Assembly: GCF_006345805.1 (NCBI RefSeq)
Contig: NC_043008.1
Span: forward strand, 48,236,001-48,300,000
DNA length: 64,000 bases
Origin: Octopus sinensis
Taxonomy: Eukaryota
Direction: 5' to 3'
In this document: piece after piece, positions 1 through 12,314 of the stretch
Numbering within the stretch: the first letter of the stretch is position 1
Layout of the letters: every line of letters starts with the position of its first letter
Notes under the pieces: model-generated
Told to the model about the DNA's origin: nothing
Seen by the model: the letters and a program-made list of their open reading frames with translations, nothing else
Database searches by the model: none
Translations under genes and position numbers: made by a program

Positions 1-21
1 TCTGGTTTACTTGTTTATATG

Positions 22-113
22 TTAAAAGTCTCCGGATGATGGTGGATTTTTGCTATAAGCCATCTAAGATTGCGTTCATAAAATGCTACCGAAACAGCTG
101 TTGTGACTTTTAA
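22..113 (+). ncRNA. Degenerate type I hammerhead ribozyme motif
   Basis: Stem I TTAAAAGTCTC/GTGACTTTTAA, core CGGATGA (U4 changed to G), stem II GGTGG-ATTTT/AAAAT-G-CTACC, GAAA, palindromic stem III ACAGCTGT, triplet GUU. Confidence 0.6.
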
Positions 114-271
114 ACTCCACTTGCGTTCTTATTTAAACATAGGCTACACTTGGAAGCATCCCTGTTGGACCTACAGTTTATATTGGATTTGGTACTAATC
201 TCTACATATCTGTGTGTGTTTGTGAGTATTTATATATATATAGCTCTATGCGTGTATCTATAAATCTGGAT

Positions 272-548
272 CTCCGTCACTTGAGTGTGCCAGTTGATCC
301 GATCAACGGAACAGCTTGCTCGTGGGTGAGTACTCCACAGACACGCGTACCCCTTCACATACTTCTCAGGGAGATTCAGTGTGACACAGAGTGTGTGACA
401 CGGCTGGCCCCCTTTGAATTACTGGTACTACTCATTTTTGCCAGCTGAGTGGACTGAAGCAACGTGAAATAAAGTGTCTTGCTCAAGGACACAATGCGTG
501 ACCGTGAATCGCAAGCCGAATACCTTAAACACTAAGCCACGCGCCTTC
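272..548 (-). mobile_element. tRNA-derived SINE, family B
   Basis: Minus strand starts GGCGCGTGGCTTAGTG (A-box-like) followed by GTGTCCTTGAGCAAGACACTTTA. Homologous to 48222-48510 and partly to 7786-7880. Confidence 0.75.
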
Positions 549-560
549 TATAAATATAAA

Positions 561-564
561 TGTG

Positions 565-648
<84 letters not shown>

Positions 649-769
649 TATAGTGAACTAACAACAAATGACAATTGTAAGTTACCTCCAATTGGAGGTT
701 CAACACTACGGACCCAATCAATCCTGGCGCCTTACATCTTGATATTCCTAGATTCTAACGAACCCTGCA

Positions 770-819
<50 letters not shown>

Positions 820-852
820 ATATGTTATATATATATATATATATATATATAT
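561..852. repeat. (TG)n, (CT)n and (TA)n microsatellites
   Basis: Dinucleotide runs read directly. Confidence 0.95.
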
Positions 853-1196
853 ACTCTTTTACTTGTTTCAGTCATGTGACTGCGGCCATGCTGGAGCACC
901 GCCTTTAGTCGAGCAAATCGACCCTGGGACTTATTCTTTTGTAAGCCCAGTACTTATTCTATCGGTCTCTTTTGCCGAACCGCTAAGTGACGGGGACAAA
1001 CATATACACACATACATATATATACATATATACGACAGGCTTCTTTCAGTTTCCGTCTACCAAATCCACTCACAAGGCTTTGGTCGGCCCGAGGCTATAG
1101 CAGAAGACACTTGCCCAAGATGCCACGCAGTGGGACTGAACCCGGAACCATGTGGTTGGTTAGCAAGCTACTTACCACACAGCCACTCCTGCGCCT
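853..1196 (-). mobile_element. tRNA-derived SINE, family A (octopus-type, internal microsatellite)
   Basis: Minus-strand head GGCGCAGGAGTGGCTGTGTGGT...GGTTCAGTCCC (A/B boxes). Similar copies at 15262-15570, 43757-43975, 48000-48660 and 29500-29765. Confidence 0.85.
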
Positions 1197-1261
1197 ATAT
1201 ATATATATCAGAAATACTAAATGTCTAAATCTCTCGTAGAGACATGTACGATGGTGGGGCG

Positions 1262-1383
1262 ATAGAATAGTTGTATACTGTCAATCTAACACGAACGTGA
1301 CAGTAGGGGGTACACCACCTAGGGCTAAACCGCGGTGGTGTACCCCCTACTGTCACGTTCGTGTTAGATTGACAGTATACAAC

Positions 1384-1391
<8 letters not shown>
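1262..1391. repeat. 58-bp near-perfect inverted repeat with 14-nt spacer
   Basis: 1262-1319 is the reverse complement of 1334-1391 with one mismatch. Confidence 0.95.
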
Positions 1392-1414
<23 letters not shown>

Positions 1415-1600
1415 GTTGAAATTTACAGCAAAGCAAAAGACGAGGAGAGATGTGTGAACAACAAACTAGTGTTTTAGTTTGACGCTCAGGAAAGTGAGAA
1501 AGTCTTTTACGTTTCGAGCCTACACTTTTTCAACAGAAAGGAATAAGAGGAAGTAAACATTGAGAGAGAATAAAAAACTTGGGGATTTAGCGATCAATCA
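1415..1600 (-). mobile_element. Short (TA)n-embedded Penelope-like pLTR fragment with degenerate HHR (1504-1540)
   Basis: Homologous to 12315-12517 and 38735-38912. Minus strand reads CTTT-CTGTTGA...GCTC-GAAA-CG-TA-AAAG. Confidence 0.6.
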
Positions 1601-1603
1601 TAC

Positions 1604-1634
<31 letters not shown>

Positions 1635-1729
1635 TATATATATATTTTATATATATATATAATATTTTATAGTATTATATGATAAAACAAGTCAAGATAG
1701 AAAATGCTAAAATAATTTTATAAAGAACA

Positions 1730-1772
1730 TTTCAGTACCGGTTTCGGTCATTTGAGACCTTTTCAACTGTAA
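1730..1772 (-). ncRNA. Minimal type I hammerhead ribozyme, U3-A8 core variant
   Basis: CAG-TTGAAAA-GGTC-TCAAAT-GACC-GAAA-CCGG-TA^CTG. Palindromic stem III ACCGGT. Confidence 0.75.
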
Positions 1773-2076
1773 CAATTAAATAATTAAATTTAGAAAAATT
1801 AACAGAAAAGTTTTTTAAAAAGAATATTTGTATAGTATTCAAATACAAGGGGCATTTTTTTGTTTCTGTCTGTCTCTGTCTCTCTTGTTTACTCTTGTGG
1901 GTTCAAGGTCGTTGAAATATATATATTTCGTTTTCGGATTTGGTTTGCAAGATTCTTTATGTGAGTTCGTGTGTTGAAGCATTTTCTGTTGTGTCTGGGG
2001 AGAGTCATTCTCTTTTAGTGCCTTATAATGTAACACACTCACCGGTAAAATTTCCACTTATTTCTTTTTTATTTTT

Positions 2077-2113
2077 CTAAAATTTTCGTTGCGTCTTGCA
2101 ACCTTTTCAATAG
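2077..2113 (-). ncRNA. Minimal type I hammerhead ribozyme, U3-A8 core variant
   Basis: CTA-TTGAAAA-G-GTTGC-AAGAC-GCAAC-GAAA-AT-TT^TAG. Palindromic AATT in stem III. Confidence 0.65.
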
Positions 2114-2687
2114 TTTTGTGTATTTATATATACACACGATCGGTGAATGGTGTCAGACGAATAAGGAAAGAGAAAGAGTGCTGTACATTGTTTGTGTGCT
2201 ATTTCTAGCGATTAAGGAAGCTTTATTTGGCCTGCAAATAATGGTGGTTGTTAGCGGAATACTGCAGAAACGCATCAGTTTGTGTTACTTTTGCGTGGTC
2301 CCTTGATTTGCAGGAAATATGGATATTTGAGACAAGGTAGACGTAGACATTTGTAAGACGGGAGTATCACGGTTGGGTCGTCTTTGGTTGTTGATCTTCT
2401 CGTTCACAACTAATTTGATCAATAGCAACAGTTCACAAGCAAGAATCGAAACCGGGACCTCACTGACGCAGACAGGCTTCCCCCCCCCCCTCCGTTTCTC
2501 TTTTTACTATAGGAAACAAATAACACAAACGCAGTAAATGATATTGATGATGATGATGATGGCGGTTGTGGTGGCAGATGTAGAGAAAGAGGAGGATGCC
2601 GATGATGAGGAGGATGATGGAGAGGAGGCGGAGGCTTGAGCTGATGGTAGTGGCATCGATGATGGTGCTGATGGTGATGACGATATA

Positions 2688-2921
2688 TGGTGGTGGTGGT
2701 GGTGGTGGTGTGGTGGTGGTGTGGTGGTTGTGGTGGTGGTGGTGGTGGTGGTGGTGGTGGTGGTTGTGGTGGTGGTGGTGGTGGTGGTGGTGGTGGTGAT
2801 GTGTGGTGGTTGTGGTGTGGTGTGGTGGTGGTGGTGGTGTGGTGGTGTGGTGGTGGTGGTGGTGGTGGTGGTGGTGGTGGTGGTGTGGTGGTGGTGGTGG
2901 TGGTGGTTGGTGATGGTGGTG
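2688..2921. repeat. (TGG)n trinucleotide microsatellite
   Basis: About 230 bp of interrupted TGG. Explains the poly-His/Thr/Val/Trp ORFs. Confidence 0.95.
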
Positions 2922-3119
2922 ATAAACCATTGAGATAAAACCAATCTCAATGTTACAGATGTTGCTTTTCTTTTTACTTTCTTTCCAGTTTTGTTGTTGT
3001 TGTTGTTGTTCTCAACTCACACCCCGCCACCACCACCACCACTTCTTCGTATTCGTTTTCTATTGTTTTACATCTTTTTTCATTAGCTTGTGGTGAGACG
3101 ATCATGATGATGATGATAG

Positions 3120-3824
3120 TGGGGGATATATATATATATACACACACACACACGTAATTTGTATAAATATGAATATACATCTAAGAACGTATGTATGTGT
3201 AAATATATACGTGTGAGTGTGTATACATATATATATATATATATACATGTATATATGCATATTTATGTCATGCATACATAAATGTGTGTATATATATATA
3301 TATAGATACATACATTCATAGATAGATAGAGAGATGTATGTATATATGTAAGAATATATATATATGCGTGTGTGTGTGTATATATGCATATATATATGTG
3401 TGTGTGTATGTATATATATATATACATGAACATGTTTACCTTGTAGTAATTAAGCACATTAGCAAAACAACGTCATCGCCATCATCATCATCATCATCAT
3501 CATCAACATCACAGACATCATCAATGGCTACCAGATTGCTAATTAACCAATCTGCTTCCCAAAAAATAAGACAAACAAAAGAAACATGACATCATTTTTC
3601 ATCTCGCAGAGAACTGCAGACAAACTTCTTTGTTTTTTGTTGATGTTTGTGTGCATTGTGTGCATGTTTGTGCATGTTTGGGTGTGTGTGTGTGTGTGTG
3701 TGTACGCATGTATGTATACAAATATGTGCATCTGCCTGTACGTATGCGTATATGTAGATATATATATGTATACGTTGGTAGGTGGATAAATAGATGCAGA
3801 CGTGCACACCTGCATATATATGTG

Positions 3825-3856
<32 letters not shown>

Positions 3857-4089
3857 TAATATATATATATATGTGTGGTGTGTGTGTGTATGTATATATA
3901 TATATATGTATGTATGTATGTATGTATTATATATATATATATATGTATGTATGTATGATATATATATATATATGTATGTATGTATGTATGATGTATGTTA
4001 TATATATGTGTGTATATATATTATATATATAATATATATATTATATGTATGTATATATATATATATGTATGTATGTATGTATGTATATA

Positions 4090-4122
<33 letters not shown>

Positions 4123-4359
4123 GTTATATAATATGTATATGTATATATATATATTATATATATATATTATATATATATAATATATACATATTTATACATA
4201 TATATGTATGTGCGTGTATACACACTTACACACGCGTACAGGCACACACATATATATTAACATCTATGTATATAATTTTGGGTATATATACACAAATATA
4301 TAATTATGCATAGATCTGTGCTTATATACACATATGTCTGCATACAGTTGTCTGAATAT

Positions 4360-4417
<58 letters not shown>

Positions 4418-4660
4418 GAATATCTACGTTTATATTTATCAAAACGTGTGTTTTTGCATATATATTTACGTAGGTATGCATACGCGTGCGTATGTGTATT
4501 TGTGTGTGTGGTGTGTGTGGTGTGTGTGTGTGGTGTGTGTGTGTTGTGTGTGTGGTGTGTGTGTGTGTGTGTGTGTAGAGGAATATCTACGTTTATATTA
4601 TCAAAACGTGTGTTTTTGCATATATATTTACGTAGGTATGCATACGCGTGCGTATGTGTA

Positions 4661-4719
<59 letters not shown>

Positions 4720-4923
4720 ATTTGTATGTATGTGTAGTCACTATAGTTTATAGGAATTCATATAGAAAACGTATTTGAAAATATCTCCACCATCCCCACC
4801 AACACATGAACTCGCAACGTGGGAGAGAGAGAGAGGGAGAGAGGGAGAGCATAAAATATATAATTACACACACACACACATGTATATATATATATGTATA
4901 TATATATATATAATATATATATA

Positions 4924-4982
<59 letters not shown>

Positions 4983-4983
4983 G

Positions 4984-5018
<35 letters not shown>

Positions 5019-5140
5019 TATATGTATATATGTAGATTATATATATATATATATATATGTATACATACATACATACATACATACATACATAATACATACA
5101 TACATACATACATACTACATACATACATACATACATACAT
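3120..5140. repeat. Compound (TA)n/(TG)n/(TATG)n/(CATA)n field with an approximately 87-bp segment duplicated at 4414-4500 and 4578-4662
   Basis: Both copies begin AGAGGAATATCTACGTTTATATT and are flanked by TG runs. Confidence 0.9.
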
Positions 5141-8100
5141 GAAATCCTTTATTTTATTTTATTTTTTTCTGCTGCCAGTGAGAATCTTTCAACAATTCTT
5201 TTAAAATATTTGTCGGTCTCTAATTAGGAAATCAACTCAGTGTAAATAAAAGATAGTTTGGTTTTTTTTATCTGTTTTTTTAACTTTATTTTTGATTCCT
5301 GGCTGAAAGTTGTTTTCCAATATTTTATTATCCAGAACTGTTCCCTTTCTTGTATATATTTATTCCTCAATCTAATTACTAGTGTTAGGCAAAGCATTAA
5401 TTCTTTCATATTTTTCCATCAGATTTGTTGTTGATGCTCGTGTTGTTGATGTGGTTCTCTTTTTTTTTTCCCTCTCTTTTTTGTTTTTTGTTTTTTTCTC
5501 ATCCATATTGGTTAACTCTTGAAATAGAAAGCAGGAATCAAACATAAATTGCAGAAAGACGATTTCAAGAAGAAGGAGGAGATGAAAAGACGAGAGGAAG
5601 AAAGAAAAGATGATGATGTATTGAGAAATGCAATTTGCATTTCGTTTCATGAAACTAGATTTTCGTATAATTACTTTCTTGCCGATGTTGAGTGCCAATA
5701 GAAGGCAGGACTTCCCTACTGGGTCATGTTTTTATGATATTTCTGCTGGAGAGCAATTAGACTTTTATACGCCTTTAGATGTCAGCACTTGCCAACTGAT
5801 ATTACACTCGATCTCCGGAAAATATCACTTACATAGTGTTTCTTTTAATAAATTCACCGAGATCTTTCCCCTGGAAAAATGGGGCGAATTATACGAGGAA
5901 CTGTTTCACCATCAAGCAAAGATATATCGTTTTTGTACTAAATTACTGTTATATATTGATGCTACAATCACCGAATACTGGGTGTTTCGCATTTATTTGT
6001 GACACATTATTAAATAAAATACGTTTGCCTCTTCCTTCCATGTTATCTCCGTCGATCGTCTGTATGGAATAAAAACATCTCATTTCTTCTTCCCTACAAC
6101 AAAGACATTGATATTGAGAAGAGTCAGCTGGTTTAACCAATTTCCAACCAAATTCTAGAGATTGCAGCAAAGGCTGGCCTTATTAAAAATTGAATAAAAT
6201 CCGAAAGAACACCAGACGATAGGATTGGCATCTTGTATGTGTAGCAGTGATTAAATACTTGAATGTTTTCCGGAAGAAATTTACTGAAGAAACGAATCTA
6301 ATGGAGGAAAGAAAAATTGTTTGTTTGTTCATCGTTTTATTCTTTTCTTTCGATCTTTTATTTTTCACGAATTATTTTCTTTCTTTTCTACAAATATTTT
6401 CCTTCTGATTCCCAATTCCAGTTGCACTTTGTACAAAAACACTTCGTTGTATCTGTTACGACTCAAAGTGTATAATATCTTCATTATTCAACACCTCTTT
6501 TACAAAGAAGAACCGATGTAATTTCAGCAGATTCGCAACAAAAACATTTTTGTTTTTCTTTTGTTGCTGTTTTGTGGCCGGCGGTGGGGAGTGGGGGGGT
6601 CTGCTGCCAATTTGCTTCCTTTTCTTCTGAAATTTCGCCAAAACAGAACAGGTTTGAACAAACAAAACGTGAGAGCCTCGACCTGATCGCTCGACTTTCA
6701 AGAAATAACAACCAAATCACCCTCAAATCATGCATGCTTAAAAAAAAAGAAAAGCAACTGGACAATCAGTTGCACAGTTAGACGGGATGGCCACGGTTTC
6801 TACAACTTTAATCACACGTTTATTCCAGAGGGCGGACCTGGGAAAACCAACACCAATATTAACAGCAACAACAACAACCTGACTATTAAAACAAAACTTA
6901 GAGGATGAGGAAGAACCGAAATAAATGTGGTACTGTTTGCCATTCCACTCGTGACCACTTCCAAGAACTCATCCAATGTTCGATGTGAGACAAACCTGCA
7001 AGGAATTTAGCTGCATTCAAAGATGTCTTTGGATAAAACCAATAACGATTCTGAAAACTGAGGACGCTGGAAGGAAAGATCCAATCAATCGCACCAATAT
7101 CGATTTTAGTCGATTATTGTCCAGTTATTGAACAGCTCTCGATAACGGACAGCATAATGTAGAACCAACTCATGATGGCATTCTATGTTTCCTTGGTTTC
7201 ATCGATTAGACTGCGGCCAAGATGGAGCATTGCCTGTAAACGTTTCAGTGAAATATATGACGACGATGATGAGGAGGAGGAGGAGGGGGATGACGCTGGC
7301 GGTGGTGGTGCCGGTGGCGGGGATGATGGAACTGGTTCAACCATGATTGTGAAGACGTAAAACGTAGCAGAAAAGTGGAAACTGACCCTAATTTCCAAGG
7401 AATTTCCTTAATCCTTCAGTTTTTAAAACTATTTTGAACTGAGTGACCTCGACCTCATCAGGATCTGATTTCTCAAGGGAATCGGCCAAATTTTGTCGAA
7501 GAATTGGAACAAAGATTTCCACAAGATGGCAGAAAATAAGAGAGAAATTATAGAAGATGAGGGACACAAATGGTGACAAGGAACGGATGGAATCTTCAGT
7601 GGAACTGTTGGGATCAAGAAAGTCTTTTAAGAGAAACTTCTCGTTAGATGGCGCTTTATTTTATAGATTTTGCTGTTATTTTTTACTTATTCTCAGTTTT
7701 TCTCATGAAATAAACATATTTGGTAAAACATGGTGGTTTCAATCGCGTCTAATATATTCAATATAATGTTGTTGTTATTGTTGAAGGCGCGTAGCCAAGT
7801 GGTTACGATGTTGCACTTACCATTGCAGGGTTCTAGTTTCGGTTCCCGGGCCGGGTAGTGTGTTATATTCTCGAGCAAAACATTTCATTTTACGTTGTTA
7901 CGTGAAAATAACACCTGAGTTATTAAAGTTAATTGATGCAAATTATAGAAACAGCAGCCCCTGGAATAAAAGGGACCACGATGCCTGTCAGCTAGTTAAA
8001 TGATCTTTTAATTATATTTTTAAGGTCTGAAATTTAGTGCCAAGTTGTAAACACTTGAGTGGAATCCTAATATATTACTGGTATTGATTTTACCAACCCC

Positions 8101-8229
8101 ATCGATGCTAAGGCGATTCAAGCCGGGTTTGAACTCAGTATTTCATTACAGTTTGGCGTTTACGTCAATGCTCCACTCATTCTTCTCTGTTCATGCTGAC
8201 AGCAATGAAGATTATCATCATCATCATCA

Positions 8230-8274
<45 letters not shown>

Positions 8275-9773
8275 CGGTATTTAGAATGTGAAGAATGTGG
8301 TCTTTTGAGAATATTGTTTCCTAGGAATATTCTCGAACAGGTATTTTAACGGTGAGGGAGGGAGAGAGAGAGAGAGAGAAATGTTTCTTATGCTTGTCTT
8401 ATTAGAAATAAGCAGCCGACATTTTATCGTTTATGGAAGGGAAAACAACGCAAGGGTCACTGAAAGTCGAACGAAGAAAAAGTAGATCTTGCAGGAGCCA
8501 TTATAGATGTGAAAAAAGAGTGCCAATCCCAGGAGACTCTGTAATTCGCACTTTTATTCTGGGGACAAACATTAACATCACACATTTAGTCGAGTCTCTT
8601 CGTATGATTTACTAAAAAGATATTAAACTTCAACCCAAGTCAAGAGGAAGAAATATCACTCCCTTGGTGATTTTATTTATTACCAAAACTCTCTCTCAGT
8701 TACCAATGAAAATGTCATAAAGTGAATTGTTCAATTGGAATAACTCTAGACTAGTTTATTGTTTATATTGATGAAGCGTTGTTGTTGTTGGTGGCATCCG
8801 TCTGTGGAGAGCGATGATACATCGATTCGAAATCCTATGCCTACAGGCGACCTATCAAAGTGAATAAGGAATTCACAGAAGCAGTTAATCTGTAGAATCG
8901 AATTGTTTGAAACGTGTTCGATAGATTTAGTTGATGGGAATTGCATTTAATATTGATTTGTTGTTTTACAACAACAACAACACTAACAACGAGACAAACT
9001 GAGATTGTACAATTTTCATATTTTACTTCTTGTATTTCTTGCCCGAAACAATCAGACTTCGACTAAAACGAATCCAAATTGATTCTCTGTTTGAATTAAA
9101 TTTAGTTTTACAGTGGAACTTTAATGAATAAATGTCCTCTTACTGCCTCTCCCACATACTCCCCCACCCCATCCCCCATCATGTCTACTGAGTCCACTCC
9201 TCACCCACCCACATCCTTTACCAACTTTCATCCTTATCAACTTCTCTCATCAAAGACTCTTCATATTTTCTTTTTCTCCGCCATCTCGTTAATGTTTCCA
9301 TGGTATTAATTGACCATCGCCTCATTAACACAACACATCTTACATCTTTCTAATTTACAAAACATTCCACCACCACCACCACCACCCTCTCGGATTAATA
9401 TGAACGAAATGCTCAAAGATCTACCTTCTATGCTGAGAACCCTTGACAAATGTACTTTTCCTTTGACCATCTGAGACATCTAAACGGGAAACCGACGCCA
9501 TCTTCCCAAGGTATAACCCTCCCCACATCCCACTCATAACCCAAAGCCTCGGCCCCAAAATAAACCCTAGGGACTCGCATACAACAGTTTACAACATCGG
9601 AGAGAAGACATCAACCATCAATAATTCACAATCGCATCGCCAGCAAGACAATCAAGTACACGAAGTTATTTTTCATTTAATTTACGACCTCCAAAACTCT
9701 CGACTCTGAAATTGGGGAAGTTACAAGAGACCCTCACTCTGTTTAACTACTACCAACGAACAGTCGTACGTCG

Positions 9774-9852
9774 GACGGAGAGTCATAGGCTTGTATAGAC
9801 GGAGAGTCACAGGCCGGTATAGACGGGCAGTCATAGGCCGGTATGGACTGAG
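9774..9852. repeat. 24-bp minisatellite, about 3.3 copies
   Basis: GACGGAGAGTCATAGGCTTGTATA / GACGGAGAGTCACAGGCCGGTATA / GACGGGCAGTCATAGGCCGGTATG. Confidence 0.85.
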
Positions 9853-11333
9853 AACCGATCATGTCTGGAAGCTTCCTTTCTATTTCTATCAATTGTAACA
9901 CTCCAGAATTAATTATATTCACCAAACCTTTCAGTGTTGTTCTGTTAAGGTTGATCTTTATTAAAAGAAAAGGCAACATTTCACTCTACAAAATCTGTTA
10001 AGCACAACCCAAAACAACATAATGCAACATAGAAAAACGGAAGTACCGCCATTATCACTCCCAGGGCTGATAAAAATATTACTTAATATGATGTTAACAC
10101 TACTGCAAAACTGATCGATGTCATAATGATTGAACGAGGGAATCCTGTAAGGGGTCGCTCAACACTTCTAAAAACAGCTACCAAATCCCCTTCAAATCAC
10201 ACATCTGAAACGGTGCCGCTGCTACACAAACATCGTCAACTATGTTCTGAAAAATTCCTATTAATATGATTGACATAAAAAAAAAACTGCCGACTCTTCT
10301 TTTTCACCTCAACAGCAACCAGGACAGAACCCGCTCCTCTGCAATATCAAACTCCACACCCTCCAACTTCCTCCAACTTCCTCCAACAGATACATCCTCT
10401 CCGTTTCTCATCATCTCTACTGCATCTTATCTCACAAACATAAAGGCAGATCTCAGTCATTCCTGGCCAATGTCAAAATCTTCGGCAAGTTCCTTTCTCT
10501 CCATTTCCAATAACAGTTGTCCAACACGAGAAATTGCAACTCAATATCGATCTCATTGATCAATAATTGGGGAGACCCTATAAATGTTATGACCAATAAC
10601 ATCGCATTCACTGGGGTGGAAGTACCCTGAAGTGTCACAGTGGAGTGTCGCACTGAAATACCAAAGCGGGGTTCTACAGAAAAGACCAAATGACAAATAA
10701 GGAACACATTTTGCATCAAGTTTTAAAATAAGTTTTTAAAAACTCTAAAATATATAAATTTTGTTTATTTAAAATAAAACTTTAGATGGCAATTGTTTAT
10801 CTTTACATGTAACAATTTTTTTCTGAGACTGTTAGCCATTAATATTGATTAAGTAAAGCCATAAATTGTATTTTTAAAAACCCGCGGTAGACGTAAGCAG
10901 GTCTTGTGGCGGACGGTTTCACTGCGTCTGAAGTTAGGGTCTGCAATGAGGGGGAGCTTTGCTGCTATGTCTAGTATGCTGGGCGACTACGAAGAGGCTC
11001 CGTCATTTAGTGTGTTTTAACTAGTAAAATTAATTAATCTATGAAAATAATTGCCTAATCTAATTTTTATTTTTCAAGGCACATACGATATTCTTTTAGA
11101 AGAATTTTGTTGGTGTTTCTAACAGGGTCAGAGACCACATACAGACATCTGTTTGTGAAGGTTTTTTTTAAATGAACAAAAGTGTCAAAGGGGAAGAAAA
11201 AACCCACAGAAGTTAACAGAAGAAATCAGAGCAATTATAATGAGGCTGGGAAACCATTCGGAATCAATGGGAGATGAGCCAACTCGCGAAACTGAGGCGA
11301 TATGTGTTGCATAGTGTATATAGGTGTATATAT

Positions 11334-11363
<30 letters not shown>

Positions 11364-11368
<5 letters not shown>

Positions 11369-12128
11369 ATAGTGTATGAAAACATACGGGAAGAGAAAAC
11401 CACCATGTGGATTTCTTACATGCTAAAAATGGCAGTCGAAGCCTAAAACCACGAAAGCATATTCTTACATTAAAGCACGTGACTCGTACGCGAGCAAGAC
11501 ATTTGAGTGAATAAAATATAGCGAACCTTATACTAATAAGTTTCGATATTACTGACCAAATAATTCAACTAATAAGATAATTAATTGATTATTTAATCAT
11601 CCGTAGCTCATCAGTAAGGTCGCTAATTAAATGCATAAACATAAAACTGCAATACGTAGCGAAAGCACAATGTAAAGCACAAACTCACTCAGTTCCATCT
11701 TGATTCATCCTGGATTCTTCTCTCAGAATGACCTCAAAACAACGTGCGACACCAGAGTAATACAGCAGTGAATAAATTCAAACGTAAACCTCTGGCCGAA
11801 GAATTTAAATATCTAACTTTATAAATATAAGGTTAAAAATTATTAAATAATTATTTACCAGTGGCCAGCATGAGTAAGAAGAGTCAGGAGACGTAAATAT
11901 GAGCTACGGATGATTAAATAATCAATTAATTATCTTATTAGTTGAATTATTTGGTCAGTAATATCGAAACTTATTAGTATAAGGTTCACTATATTTTATT
12001 CACTCAAGTCAACGTGATTTAATCTAAGAATATGGTTTCGTGGTTTTAGGTTTCGACTGCCATTTTTAGCATGTAAGGAATCCACATGTTGGTCGTCTCT
12101 TCCTGTATGTTTTCATACACTATTATAT
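11364..12128. mobile_element. Long inverted repeat (arms 11364-11611 and 11899-12128), likely a Penelope-like inverted pLTR insertion
   Basis: Arms are reverse complements, with the inner ~110 bp almost perfect. The left arm plus 13 bp of spacer carries a complete HHR. The left end abuts (TA)n. Confidence 0.7.
11521..11624 (-). ncRNA. Type I hammerhead ribozyme with long stem II
   Basis: ACCTTA-CTGATGA-G...(long imperfect hairpin)...C-GAAA-CT-TATT-AG-TA^TAAGGT. 6-bp stem I extendable by GCG/CGC, canonical core, GUA triplet. Confidence 0.8.
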
Positions 12129-12314
12129 TTTAAAATGTTCATGTCTTCTGACTCGTATTACCATTTTGGTAGACAACTGATGAAGAATTAGGGACCCTCT
12201 GAGTCTTATACGAATACGTTTTTTAGCTGCCGTTGTTTATTTACAATGCATTTTTTCATTTATTAAGTACCAACACACAACACACAGACGTTAACAGGCC
12301 GAGAACATCTAACG

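Noticed and set aside
2460-2950. Poly-His/Pro/Thr/Gly ORFs
   Set aside because: Products of a (TGG)n microsatellite, with no coding context.
3630-5140. Multiple overlapping long ORFs
   Set aside because: Microsatellite artefacts.
7786-7860. tRNA gene candidate
   Set aside because: No complete cloverleaf, and it continues into SINE body sequence, so it is a SINE head.
9100-10720. Possible old CR1/L2-like LINE on the minus strand
   Set aside because: Only vague motif resemblance; ordered RT motifs could not be established by eye.
12177-12230. CTGATGA followed by a hairpin (possible extra HHR)
   Set aside because: No properly placed GAAA (reads TATACGAAT) and no stem I; at best a decayed remnant.
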